From Rebecca billardiae RCC1528 (taxonomy: Eukaryota > Protista > Haptophyta), in assembly GCA_965240325.2 (NCBI GenBank), contig OZ251252.1, forward strand, positions 806,001 through 870,000: DNA of 64,000 nt. Reading direction: 5' to 3'. The notes beneath the pieces are model-generated. The model was not told the origin of the DNA. It was given only the letters and a program-made list of their open reading frames with translations, and ran no database searches. This document shows positions 22,543 to 32,919 of the stretch, piece after piece (positions within the stretch are counted from its first letter, which is position 1; the number at the start of each line of letters is the position of its first letter). Both the position numbers and the translations under genes were made by a program.

Positions 22543-24951
22543 TCAGTATGCGTGGTCGTGCAGCTGGCGCTGGTGAGGCTGGTGCGGCGCGTGGCGCCCA
22601 CCGCCCGCACCCGCCGCCGCGGCCGAGCTCACCACCCTGCCCCCCGGCGACAGCGTCGGCAGCACGCGCGCGCGCGGCTGCGGTCTGCCGCCGCACCGGT
22701 ACGCGTACGTGAGTAATCCAAGTACGAGCACCGTGTTGAGCGAGAGGACGGAGGCGAGCAGCTCGAAGGTGCAGCCGCACGCGAGCTCCGCGCCGGCGCG
22801 CGGCGCCGCCGGCTCCGCCACACCGGCCTGCGCGCGCGCGGCCGCGCGCACGGCCGCGGCGAGGCCGCCGCGCGAGCCGCCGACGCTCGCGCGTCGGCGC
22901 GCCCGCGCCGCGCCGGCCGCGGCGGTGGTGGGCGCGCCGCCCGCCGCGCCGGCCTCGTCGCCCGCGTGCGCCTGTGCGCCGGCGAGGTGCGCGGCCCCCG
23001 CGCCGGCGGAGCGCTCGCCCGCGGCGCCCCCGTGCGCCAGCGCGGCCGTCTGCCCCGCCGCGGCGTCCGCGGCCGCGCCGAGCTTCCCGTCGCCCGAGCC
23101 CACCTCTGCGTCCGCCGCGGCCGCGCCGGCACGCAGCCGTCCGGGCGCGCGCAGCGTGCGCGTGGGCGGCTCCGTCCAGTTGAGGACGACGACGCGCGCC
23201 CCGTGCGGCTCGAGATTGGTCGCGGTCCACACGCCTGCCCACATGCCAGCGTCCTCCTGCGCGCTCGCGTCGCGCACGCGCGCGCTCGCCAGCTCGACCG
23301 TCGGCTCCAGGTTCGGGGCACACTTGGCACACGAGCGCGCGCACGCGCCCTCCATGAACCCGGGGTTGCGGACGCACTCGCCCGAGCCCGCCCAGCCGAC
23401 GCACGCACTCGGGTCGGCGTGCGCGTCGACGCACGGTTCCTCCAGCTCGAGCGTGCGCCGCCAGCGCGCGCTCGCCTCCGGCACGACCGCCTCGAACTCC
23501 ACGGAGACCGCGCGCGCGATGTTCGACCCTCTGTTCAGCACCAGAATCGCGCAGGGGCCTCCCGGCCCGGCCAACTGCCGCGCCCAGATCTCAATCTCGG
23601 TGGTGGCCTGCGGCCCGCGCGCCTTGGCGCGCGGCGTGGCCTCGGCGTCGGCGCGGAGCGCGCGCCGCGCGGGCGCGGCGAGGGGATCCTGTGAGATCGC
23701 GAGCAGCTCGGGCGCGGTGAGCAGCTCGCGGTGCCACTTGGTGAGCGTGCGAGGGTCGTTGCCCAGCCTGCGGCCGCGCGGGCGCGCGGGCGCGGTCGGG
23801 GGAGGACGGAGGTCGCTCAGGCGCGGGGGAAGCGCTGGACCGACGGCCGCGCGCCACCGCACACGCCGCCGCCCCCTCTCGTGCCGCCCCCGCCCTCGCC
23901 GCGCAGCAGCAGCAGCAGCCAGCCCGCCAGCCCGCGCCCCGCGCGGCTGCCTGCGCGCAGCGCACATGAGGGGCACGGCGAGGAAGCACCACATCTCAAA
24001 ATGGGTCCTCTGCTCCAGCCGGCTCAGGCCGCCCACCTTGCCCCAGCGCTCGCGCGAGATGTACTCGCCGGGCCTGCAGCCGGCGACGTGCTCGGGGCAG
24101 CCCGCCTCCGCGCTCACGATGCCGTACGCGTACATCCCGTCGTCCAGCCCGACCACGAGCATGTCCGGGTCGTTGTAACCGCCGCGCTGCGTGGCGCGCG
24201 CGACGGCAGGCCGGCCGAGGATGCCGTCGACGGCTGAGAGCACGGACTGCAGGTAGCTCGGCAGGCGGAGGGCGCGGACGTGCTCCTCGTCCCACGCGGC
24301 GAAGACGTCGCGCCCCGTGCGCCACGAGTGCCCCAGCGCCGCGCCCCACTCGTGCGGCTCGCCCACGCCCCAGTTGCACAGCGAGAAGAGCATCGGCCGG
24401 CCCGTCCGGTTCAGCGCGGTCGCCATCCGCGCGTAGATCTGCCGCGGCGTGCCCGGGAGGCCCTGCGTGTCGCAGAAGTCGTACTTGAGGTAGTCGACGC
24501 CCCACGCCGCGTAGCTCCGCGCGTCCACCTCCTCGTGCTCCCACGAGCCCGGGTAGCCCTCGCACGTGTGCCGGCCGGCGTTCGAGTAGATTCCGAAGAG
24601 AAGCCCCTTCGAGTGGATGTACTCGCCGAGCGCGCGCATGCCGCTGGGGAACTTGGAGGCGAAGGGGACGATCGCGCCCGTGCCCTCCTCGCGCCGCTCC
24701 ATCCAGCAGTCGTCGATCACCACGTACCGGTACCCCGCCGCCGCGAGCCCGGTCGAGACGAGCGCGTCCGCCACGCTGCGTATCCGCTCCTCGTTGATGT
24801 CGCAGCGGAACGAGTTCCACGTGTTGAAGCCCATGGCGGGCGTGAGCCCCACGCCGTTGTGCAGCGCGGTCGACGCGCGCGCGGCGAGGAGGAGCGCGCC
24901 GAGCACGCGCGCCGCGCCGACACGCGCGGCCCGCGCGGCTTGGACCGCCAT
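22543..24951 (-). CDS. Alpha-galactosidase (GH27) with ShKT domain and C-terminal TM helix, 2 exons: 24951-23966, 23767-22543
   Basis: Signal peptide, NGVGLTPAMGFNTWN, YVVIDDCW, WGVDYLKYDFC, WRT..D and YNDPDML. An in-frame GT..AG intron of 198 nt restores PLMLGND. ShKT is CVD....C..WA..GEC..NPGFM...CARSC..C. Confidence 0.92.
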   Translation of the reverse strand: MAVQAARAARVGAARVLGALLLAARASTALHNGVGLTPAMGFNTWNSFRCDINEERIRSVADALVSTGLAAAGYRYVVIDDCWMERREEGTGAIVPFASKFPSGMRALGEYIHSKGLLFGIYSNAGRHTCEGYPGSWEHEEVDARSYAAWGVDYLKYDFCDTQGLPGTPRQIYARMATALNRTGRPMLFSLCNWGVGEPHEWGAALGHSWRTGRDVFAAWDEEHVRALRLPSYLQSVLSAVDGILGRPAVARATQRGGYNDPDMLVVGLDDGMYAYGIVSAEAGCPEHVAGCRPGEYISRERWGKVGGLSRLEQRTHFEMWCFLAVPLMCAARRQPRGARAGGLAAAAAARRGRGRHERGRRRVRWRAAVGPALPPRLSDLRPPPTAPARPRGRRLGNDPRTLTKWHRELLTAPELLAISQDPLAAPARRALRADAEATPRAKARGPQATTEIEIWARQLAGPGGPCAILVLNRGSNIARAVSVEFEAVVPEASARWRRTLELEEPCVDAHADPSACVGWAGSGECVRNPGFMEGACARSCAKCAPNLEPTVELASARVRDASAQEDAGMWAGVWTATNLEPHGARVVVLNWTEPPTRTLRAPGRLRAGAAAADAEVGSGDGKLGAAADAAAGQTAALAHGGAAGERSAGAGAAHLAGAQAHAGDEAGAAGGAPTTAAAGAARARRRASVGGSRGGLAAAVRAAARAQAGVAEPAAPRAGAELACGCTFELLASVLSLNTVLVLGLLTYAYRCGGRPQPRARVLPTLSPGGRVVSSAAAAGAGGGRHAPHQPHQRQLHDHAY

Positions 24952-25147
24952 CGCCGGCTCGCGTCTCGGGGGGCCCGAGCCGGCAACCGCGCGCGCCAGC
25001 TAGCCGGGTGGGCGCGGCGGCACGGCTCAACAACCCCCCTGGTTCGGTAAGTTTCGAGGAAATGCGCCTCGGCCAACGGTCGTTGTCCACCTCGGCCGCG
25101 GACGCGGGACGGGCGCAACAAACACGGCGCGTCCGCCCCCACGCGTG

Positions 25148-26356
25148 ATGCTCGCCACGCTCGAGTGCCTGCCTCAGCTCGAGTGTCAGCTCCATGTGCT
25201 CGCGCTCGAGCTCGCCCTGTACACAGCCTCGCTCGTCCTCCTCTCTCGCGCCCTCGCGCGCGCCCTCGCCGCGCACCCGGCCAAGGGCCGGATCGTCGCG
25301 CGCGTGATGCACGACATGCGCACCATGGTGGGCTGGGGGCTGGACGAGGCCGCGGCGTGGACCCACTTCTGCGAGACGCTGGTCGTCGGCGCGCAGCACA
25401 TACTGGGTGGGCTGTGCGTCCTCCCCGCCCTCCTCTCGCTCGGCCCGGAGCGCCTGCGCGTGCCGCTCGTGTGCGTGGGCGCGCTGTCGGAGGTCGCGTT
25501 CGACGTGCACGACACCGTCCGCCGCTCGTATCAGCACGTTGTGCGCGGCGCGCTGCCAGGCGGGCGGGCGACGATGTGCTTCGTGCTGGCGCACCACCAG
25601 CTCTCCATCGCGTTCGCGCTGCCCATGAATCTGCTCTACGCGGGTAACGCCCACTACCAGCACATGGCGTTCAACTTGATGGGCGCGGGCGGCGCTGCTG
25701 TGTTCCTCTCGTCCGCGGCGCAGGCGCTCGACGTGAGCACGCGCGCCGGGCTGCTCCGGATGCGCGCGCTCAACGCGACCCTGCTCGGCGTGGTGCTCTG
25801 GACGCGCGTGTTCGCGTACGTCCCGCTGTCGGTGCTGCTGCTGCACACGCTGTACCGGGACGGTTCCTGGAAGCTTCTCGCCCTCGGCACACTCGGGCTC
25901 TCGGCGATGGGCGGCATCAACGCGGTGCTGCTGCAGGCGATGCACCGCCGCATGCGCAAGTTCTGGCGGATGCCGCTGCCGCCCATCCGGCCCGTCGGTG
26001 CCTCGTGGGGCCGTTACGCGGGCGGCAGCGTCACAACCCCCTCGCAGTCCTCCTCAGAATCGGAGGCGGCGCGTGCCGCTTTCGCCCGCGCAGCGGAGGA
26101 CGAGGCTTCGTCTGCGGACGATCTCACAGCGCCACCGCAGCCACCGCAGCCTGCCGTGCAGCGCACGGTGTCGAGTGAGCTGCGGGGTACCGACGACCAC
26201 TGGGCGCAGGCACTGGCAGCGCTGGCGCCATCGCCATCTCGACTCCGCGACGACGGCGATGCCGCCAGCACCTGTGATGCAGCAGCAGCAGCAGCAGCGA
26301 TGGCTTCATCAGCTGGATTGCGTGTGCGGCTGCGCAAGACTCCACTGCACCAGTAG
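25148..26356 (+). CDS. TLC (TRAM/LAG1/CLN8)-like multi-pass membrane protein
   Basis: About 6 hydrophobic helices, QH near TM2 and FVLAHH, followed by a disordered tail. Confidence 0.6.
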   Translation: MLATLECLPQLECQLHVLALELALYTASLVLLSRALARALAAHPAKGRIVARVMHDMRTMVGWGLDEAAAWTHFCETLVVGAQHILGGLCVLPALLSLGPERLRVPLVCVGALSEVAFDVHDTVRRSYQHVVRGALPGGRATMCFVLAHHQLSIAFALPMNLLYAGNAHYQHMAFNLMGAGGAAVFLSSAAQALDVSTRAGLLRMRALNATLLGVVLWTRVFAYVPLSVLLLHTLYRDGSWKLLALGTLGLSAMGGINAVLLQAMHRRMRKFWRMPLPPIRPVGASWGRYAGGSVTTPSQSSSESEAARAAFARAAEDEASSADDLTAPPQPPQPAVQRTVSSELRGTDDHWAQALAALAPSPSRLRDDGDAASTCDAAAAAAAMASSAGLRVRLRKTPLHQ

Positions 26357-26461
26357 CAGTATTGGCATATCACAGCAACGACTTCTTTTTTAAAGCGGCC
26401 GTTAGCGTGTCCAGCGGCCAGATTAATTTTCGAAAAATTACTATGCGCTGCGCGCGCGCCC

Positions 26462-29235
26462 CTAGAGGGCGGCGCGCGCGCGCGGCTGGTCCCCCCTGCA
26501 TGCCCGCACCGTCAGCTGCCTGATTGCCGCTACCCAGCCCCGCTGCCGTCGCGCGCGACATCCGCGCCGTAAATAATCACCGTCACCGAGCGGCCCGAGC
26601 GCGCCGCCATCAATTTGCCTCTTGAGTGCCGAAAACTCCTTCTCCGAAAGCCCAGCCTCCTCGCGCAGGAGCTTGCGCGCCGTGATGCACTCCGCGATCA
26701 GGTCGATCGCGTCGGTCTCCGCCCTGCGCTGCCATTCGCGCTGCCGCTTGGCGTACTTCTTCAGCCAGAGCCGCGGCACCTTGACCTTGTCGCCGAACTC
26801 CTCTGCCCACGTCGCAAGCGACACGCGGCGCACGAGCTGCGCGACCGTCGAGATGTGCGGCTCCGCCGTCGACTTCTTCCCCTCGGCGTACTCGCGGACG
26901 AATGAGTTGAGTGACTTGCGCGCGTGCACGAGCGGCATCGCACGCTTGGTCACCTGCACGAAATGCCCCTGCACCTGCTCGTCCGCGAGCTGCACGAGGC
27001 GCCCCCGCCGCCTGAGGCGAGACGCCGTCTGCGCCCGCCTCCGTGACCGCCCAGACGTTGAAGCGGAGCGGTGGGACGTTGTGCGAGCCCTGGCCGGCGA
27101 GGCTGGCGAGCCTGACGTAAGCGCCGGTGTACGCCACGATGGCCTTCTGCTCCTCCGCGTAGTCGGCCGCCTCGGCGCCGCCGCCAAAACCGCCGCCGGC
27201 CGCGCTGCCGCCTGCCGAGGCAGTGCTGCCACCGAGGCCGCGCTGCTGCGCGCCGCCGCCGGCCGCGCCGCCGCCGGCCGCGCCGCCACCAGCCGCACCA
27301 CCACCCGCACTGTCAGCCGCGCCGCTGGCCGCGCCACATGCCGCGCCACCGGCCGCGCGGACGCCAGCACCGGCTGTGCCGCCAGCCACGCCGCTGCCAC
27401 TGCCGGCCGCGCCGCCCACGCCGCCGCCCGCGCCCGCGCCCGCGTTGCCAGCCGCGCCCCCGGCCGCGCCGCCGGCCGCGCCGCCGGCCGCGCCGCCGGC
27501 CGCGCCACCAGCCGCGCGGACGCCAGCGCCAGCGGTGCCGCCAGCCACGCAGCTGCCGCTGCTGCTGCCACCAGTGCTGCTGCTGCCGCCCGTACCGGCC
27601 GCGCAGCCGCCGGCCGCGCCACCGCCGGCCGCGCCGCCGCCGGCCGCGCGATCGCCAGCGCTGTCAGCCGCGCCGCTGTCCGCGCCGCCGGCAGCACCTC
27701 CGGCCGCGCCTCCAGCCGCGCGGACGCCAACGCCAGCTGTGCCGCCAGCCACGCCACTGCAGCTGCCGCCCGCGCCGCCCGCGCCGCCGCCAGCACCCGC
27801 GCCCGCGTTGCCAGCCGCGCCGCCGGCCGCGTCCGGCCCCGTCGCCGGGCGCACCGCCGCCTGGCGCGCAGTTGTCGGGCGTGCCGCCGTCGGGCGCGCC
27901 GCCACCGGGCGCGCCATCGCCCGCGCTGTCAGCCGCGCCGCCGGCCACGCCGCAGGCCGCGCCACCGGCCGCGCGGACGCCAACGCCGGCTGTGCCGCCA
28001 GCCACGCCGCTGTCGCTGCAGCTGCCGCCGCCGCCGCTGCTGCCGGCCGCGCCGGCCGCGCGCGGCCGTGCCGCCGCCGGCCGCGCCGCCGCCGGCAGTG
28101 CCGCCGCCGGCCGCGCCACCGCCCGCGCTGTCAGCCGCGCCGCTGGCCGCGCCACCGGCCGCGCCACCGGCCGCACGGACGCCAGCGCCGACTGTGCCGC
28201 CAGCCACGCCGCTGCCGCTGCCGCTCGCGCCGGCCGCGCCGCCGCCCGTGCCCGCGGACGCGCCCGCGTTGCCAGCCGCGCCGCCCGCCGCGCCGCCGGC
28301 CGCGCCGCCGACCACGCCACCGGCCGCGCGGACTCCAGCGCCGGCGGCACCGCCAGCTACGCCGCTACCGCTGCCGCTGCCGCTGCCGCCGCTGCCGCCG
28401 GCCGCGCCGCCGGCCGCGTCGCCGGCCGCGCCGCCTGCCGCGCCGCCAGCCGCGCCGCCCTGCCGCGCTGGCCACGTGCAGCGGCGGCAGCTGGCGGCGC
28501 CGGTCGCGGTGGGAGCCGGCCGCTCCGGAGCACGTCATTGATCCCGTCGGCGTGCGCACTCCATAGCTCGGGCATGTCCGAGTCCGGCCGCTCCGAGATG
28601 GCGATCGCCTCCGACGACGCGAGCGCAACACCCTCATCGTTGCGCACGATGGCGATCGTGGCCGAGCGCGAGTGCGCTGCGTTTGGCCCGTGTCCGCCGA
28701 GAGGAGGAGGACATGCGGCTGCCCGCGCGGGCGCGCGGACTTGCCGTAGCGCTCCAAGCGGTCCAGCACGGCGCCCACGGCCTGCGCCCACGGCCGCGCC
28801 GCCGACTCGCTGCCGATCATCATCACGCCCGCGCCCGCGTGCTCGCGATTGCGCAGCGCGCTCTCACGTGAGCCAGCCACCGGCGGCGGGATCGGGTGGC
28901 GCATGCCCAGGTTGAGCCACGTCGAGATCTCTCGGGCTGGCGCGAGCCCACGATGCGCAGTGTGCGGTCCTTCTCGCGCGCCTAGTGCACGACGCCCTCG
29001 TCGTCGAGCGAGTGAAGGCAGGCAAGCCCGAGCGCGTCTCACTTGAAGAGCAGCAGCTTGGCTACACGCAGCAGGTTGTTCTTCTTCCGCTCGGCCTTGA
29101 TGGCGACGAGGCTGTTGACGCTGCGCTTGACCTCCGCCGGGTAGTTCTCGTTCGGCATGATCGAGTGGTCCACCTCGCTCCCCGCCTCGCGCGCGCTGAC
29201 AGCTTGAGCATCTCGTGCGGCAGCGCCGCGGCCAT
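26462..29235 (-). pseudogene. Frameshifted or spliced cargo gene of unknown function with a long Gly/Ala repeat linker
   Basis: Protein-like segments in successive frames: MAAALPHEMLKLS..KKNNLLRVAKLLLFK; EISTWLNLGMRHP..VLDRLERYG; IVRNDEGVAL..WSAHADGINDVL; DYAEEQKAIVAYTGAYV; QLADEQVQGHFVQV..WAEEFGDKVKVPRLWLKKY. No transposase motif recognised. Confidence 0.5.
27170..28460. repeat. GC-rich coding minisatellite (GGAA/AAPP-type units, with longer ~165-200-bp repeats)
   Basis: Recurring gccggccgcgcc units and ctgtcagccgcg...gcggacgccag blocks. Confidence 0.7.
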
Positions 29236-29868
29236 GCGCAGCCGCGCAGATGCGGCAGAGACCTGGCGCCCGATGCGTTAGGCACCTTTGCGATACAGCT
29301 TGGACTTCCTAGGCTTCGCGCAGGAACGCTTGCCCTTGCCCACGGTGAGCACAGCCGTCGTCATTGCTGCGCGCGGCGAGCGCGGTGCGGCGCGGCCGGG
29401 CCGGCCGTAGCCGCCGCAAGTTAGTCTGATGCAAATTCCCGGTCACCCATGCAAAAGTAAGCGTTCCCGCTGCGCATGTGCGTGCATCACGAGTAACCCG
29501 CCGCCTGAATAACAACTCCGCGCCCCTCCATACACTTCCTGCATCCCCGCGCGCGGCGGCGTGCGGGCGGGCGCGAATTCGCACCGTGTCACGAACAGAC
29601 CTAGCAAAGTAGATCGGCGTGGCGCGTCGGGACGCGGAGCGGGTGCGGGGCAGGCGGGGGATAGGTTGGGGAACACTCGCGATTAGAGCACCGGTGGCGC
29701 AGCGGCGACGTGGACGCCGCCACACGCGCACGCACGGCGCACGCGCGCACCGCGAGTCGAACGTCGGCCGCCAAGCCCTCCGACGGCGTCCGTGCGACGC
29801 CGAGCGGACGAACGCTCTCGGGATTTGGCCCGGACCACCAGATTCAGCCGTTAACGGCCGAAAATCAA

Positions 29869-31885
29869 GGTTGTATAACCGCTCGGTTATGCGGGTATAA
29901 CTCACCGGTAGCCCTCATGAGGGCGGGCTGGCAGCCCGGGTCCGGCTGCCCGAAGGTTTTCCGGTCGTCAAGCCGAGCCAGGCCCGGACAGGGGGTGGGC
30001 GCGGATCCGCGCAGTAGCTTGGCAAGCGATGCGCCTCTCTGCGCGCGCTCGCTGGCTGCATCCGCGGCTCGGCGGCCGGCGTGGCTGCTGGGTCACCGCG
30101 GCGCTGGTGGCTGCCCCTCCTCTGGGAGTTGTTTCTTCCAGGTGCGTGTGCGTCGGCGGTAGGCCGCCCTCAGCCCTCGCTCTCTCCACTCGTGCACCTG
30201 CCCTGCTTGCTGCCAACGCGCGATCGGGCTGTCTGTCGCTTCTGCTCGCTGCGAGGGCACCTCGGACCCCTCCGGGTGCTCTCTGCTTTCGATGGGGGCG
30301 CCTCGGAACCGCTTCGAGGCGTCCCCGTCTGCAATCGTCCCATGCTCTGCTTTCGATGGGGGCGCCTCGGAACCGCTTCGGGGCGTCCCCGTCTGCAATC
30401 TTCTCATGCTCTGCTTTCGATGGGGGCGCCTCGGAACCGCTTCGGGGCGTCCCCGTCTGCAATCTTCTCATGCTCTGCTTTCGATGGGGGCGCCTCGGAA
30501 CCGCTTCGAGGCGTCCCCGTCTGCAATCTCCGCATGCTCTGCTTTCGATGGGGGCGCCTCGGAACCGCTCCCAGGCGTCCCCGTCTGCAATCTTCTCACG
30601 CTTCGCAGTCTCGCTTGCCTTCATCGCCTGGCGGGTGGGTGCTGCTCTCTCCTTCTCTGCCGCCTCCTCTGCAGTCTGCAGTGCACTGCTGTGTGTGGGG
30701 ATGCGACCTGCTACCTTACCTGACGCTACGCGTGCGCGTGCGTGTCTCGCGCCTGCTTCCCGCCTGCGCCGCCGCCGCCGCGCATGTCTTTGTGCCTACT
30801 CGTCGCACTTACCGTCGGGTTCGTCCTCACACAATCCTGCGGGGAGCCCCTCTGGGCCTCGGCCGCCTTCGGTCCTCGCGCTACCCCTTCGGCGGCCTCG
30901 GCCTCTTCGGGCCCCCGGCCACCACCCCTACGGGGTGTGGCATTCCACACCTCCTTCTGGGTGGAGGCCCTCGAGGCCTCTGCCCCCTGCGGCGCCGCGC
31001 TCGGCCCAAACTTGCGTTGGGGGAGGGCGTCGGCTGCCAGCGCCTGCGGTCTATCTACGTGCTCCATCGAGTACTTCCTCTTCGGCGTCTAGGCGGTCGG
31101 CTTCTGTCGGCGTAGTTGCTCGAATGCATCGGCGAGTCCTTTCTGGTCGGCGTCGCATCCTGGACGGCTTCGGGGGTGTGACCTAGTCACCTCACGCGTT
31201 TATCAACGCGGCCCCCACCTCAATCTACTCTCATGTGGGTCTACCGAGTGAGTTATGGTTGTATAACCGCTCGGTTATGCGGGTATAACTCACCGGTAGC
31301 CCTCATGAGGGCGGGCTGGCAGCCCGGGTCCGGCTGCCCGAAGGTTTTCCGGTCGTCAAGCCGAGCCAGGCCCGGACAGGGGGTGGGCGCGGATCCGCGC
31401 AGTAGCTTGGCAAGCGATGCGCCTCTCTGCGCGCGCTCGCTGGCTGCATCCGCGGCTCGGCGGCCGGCGTGGCTGCTGGGTCACCGCGGCGCTGGTGGCT
31501 GCCCCTCCTCTGGGAGTTGTTTCTCCCTGCCCTCCCACCCGGCTGGTTGCTGGGTGGGCATGGCCTGGGTGCGCGCGGTGTCGGGGGGGGTGGAGGCCCT
31601 CGAGGCCTCTGCCCCCTGCGGCGCCGCGCTCGGCCCAAACTTGCGTTGGGGGAGGGCGTCGGCTGCCAGCGCCTGCGGTCTATCTACGTGCTCCATCGAG
31701 TACTTCCTCTTCGGCGTCTAGGCGGTCGGCTTCTGTCGGCGTAGTTGCTCGAATGCATCGGCGAGTCCTTTCTGGTCGGCGTCGCATCCTGGACGGCTTC
31801 GGGGGTGTGACCTAGTCACCTCACGCGTTTATCAACGCGGCCCCCACCTCAATCTACTCTCATGTGGGTCTACCGAGTGAGTTAT
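29869..31885 (+). mobile_element. Non-autonomous split-direct-repeat retroelement (TOC1/PAT/Ngaro-type, DIRS order)
   Basis: A1 29869-30136 equals A2 31257-31524; B1 30959-31256 equals B2 31588-31885. Order is A-internal-B-A-unique(63 bp)-B, with no TSD seen. Confidence 0.75.
30281..30600 (+). repeat. 5 x 64-bp tandem repeat, each unit a 17-bp stem hairpin
   Basis: Units start at 30281, 30345, 30409, 30473 and 30537; core gatgggggcgcctcgga-accgc-ttcg(a/g)ggcgtccccgtc. Confidence 0.92.
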
Positions 31886-32919
31886 TTTGTTGGAGTTTCC
31901 TTAACGGCCGCTTTAAAAAAGAAATCGTTGCTGTGATGCAGCGTGATGCCGCGCATGCACGTTGCCCGGGATCGGAAGTGAACATTGACCAGCAGCCGAT
32001 GATGGCGGGCGGCGCCGATGCATGGCACTATAGTCGCGGCCGACATAAGACTCACACTGCATAATAATAATGCATCAGTGTGACCGTCGCGCCGTGCTGC
32101 TGCCGCCAGCGGGACCCGGTCCCGGAGTCGGCAGACGGCGACCGGCGGCGGCTACTGTCTCGGTGCTGACGATCGACAGCAGGCGGAGTGCGTATACGCT
32201 TATATTATTATTATTTGACAGAGCATTATAATATATCAGTATAGTAGTCGCGTATATATATAATCTGATATGCGCTGACGATCACCAGCAGCAGTCTTAT
32301 TCTGATGACATTGCGTAGCGTCTCAGAGTCAGATTGATGTGAGTAGCAGACGTCGTACAGACGAGCAAGATGATAGAACTAAATAATAAAAATAATAACG
32401 GCGGCCGGCGGATCATCAGCGGATGAGTGAGTAGTATGAGTCGAAACGATCGGCGCGGACCGGCGTCGCGCAGCCCGGTCGGTCGTCACGGAGGTCCGGA
32501 TCATCATCAGTGAACGACGCGAATCTATTATTATATCAATATATATATTATGTATTCAGCCAGCGTTAGCGACGACGACGATGATGACGACGATTCATAT
32601 TGCGCGTGCCTATGTAGTACGACGACTGCGCTACATGGAATTCCGCGGATCACTGTACTTGCATCGGGTCGCCGCGCTCCTGCGCATCGGAGCCCGCACG
32701 CATGACTCCGGTCAGTCGTCGTGATGGGCACATCATTTATTTGCATGCGATGCAAATGATGACCCCAGCCTCTGGCGTGCGCCAGTCCGCACATCGGTGT
32801 CACCACGGTGCTGCTGCTGCTGAGATCGATGGCCCTGATGATTATCCGCGCAGCTGGTTCTCAAGCGAGCGCGCGTAGTTGAGCCGTGCCTGCACGCGCT
32901 CGTCGCTGCTCAGCGTGTA

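Larger units (their letters stand above)
26371..31935. mobile_element. Non-autonomous TIR DNA transposon (CACAG...CTGTG ends, 2-bp TSD AT; CMC/CACTA-like)
   Basis: 34-bp TIR cacagcaacga(c/t)ttcttttttaaagcggccgtta at 26371-26404 and reverse-complemented at 31902-31935, 1 mismatch; AT flanks both ends. Confidence 0.85.
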
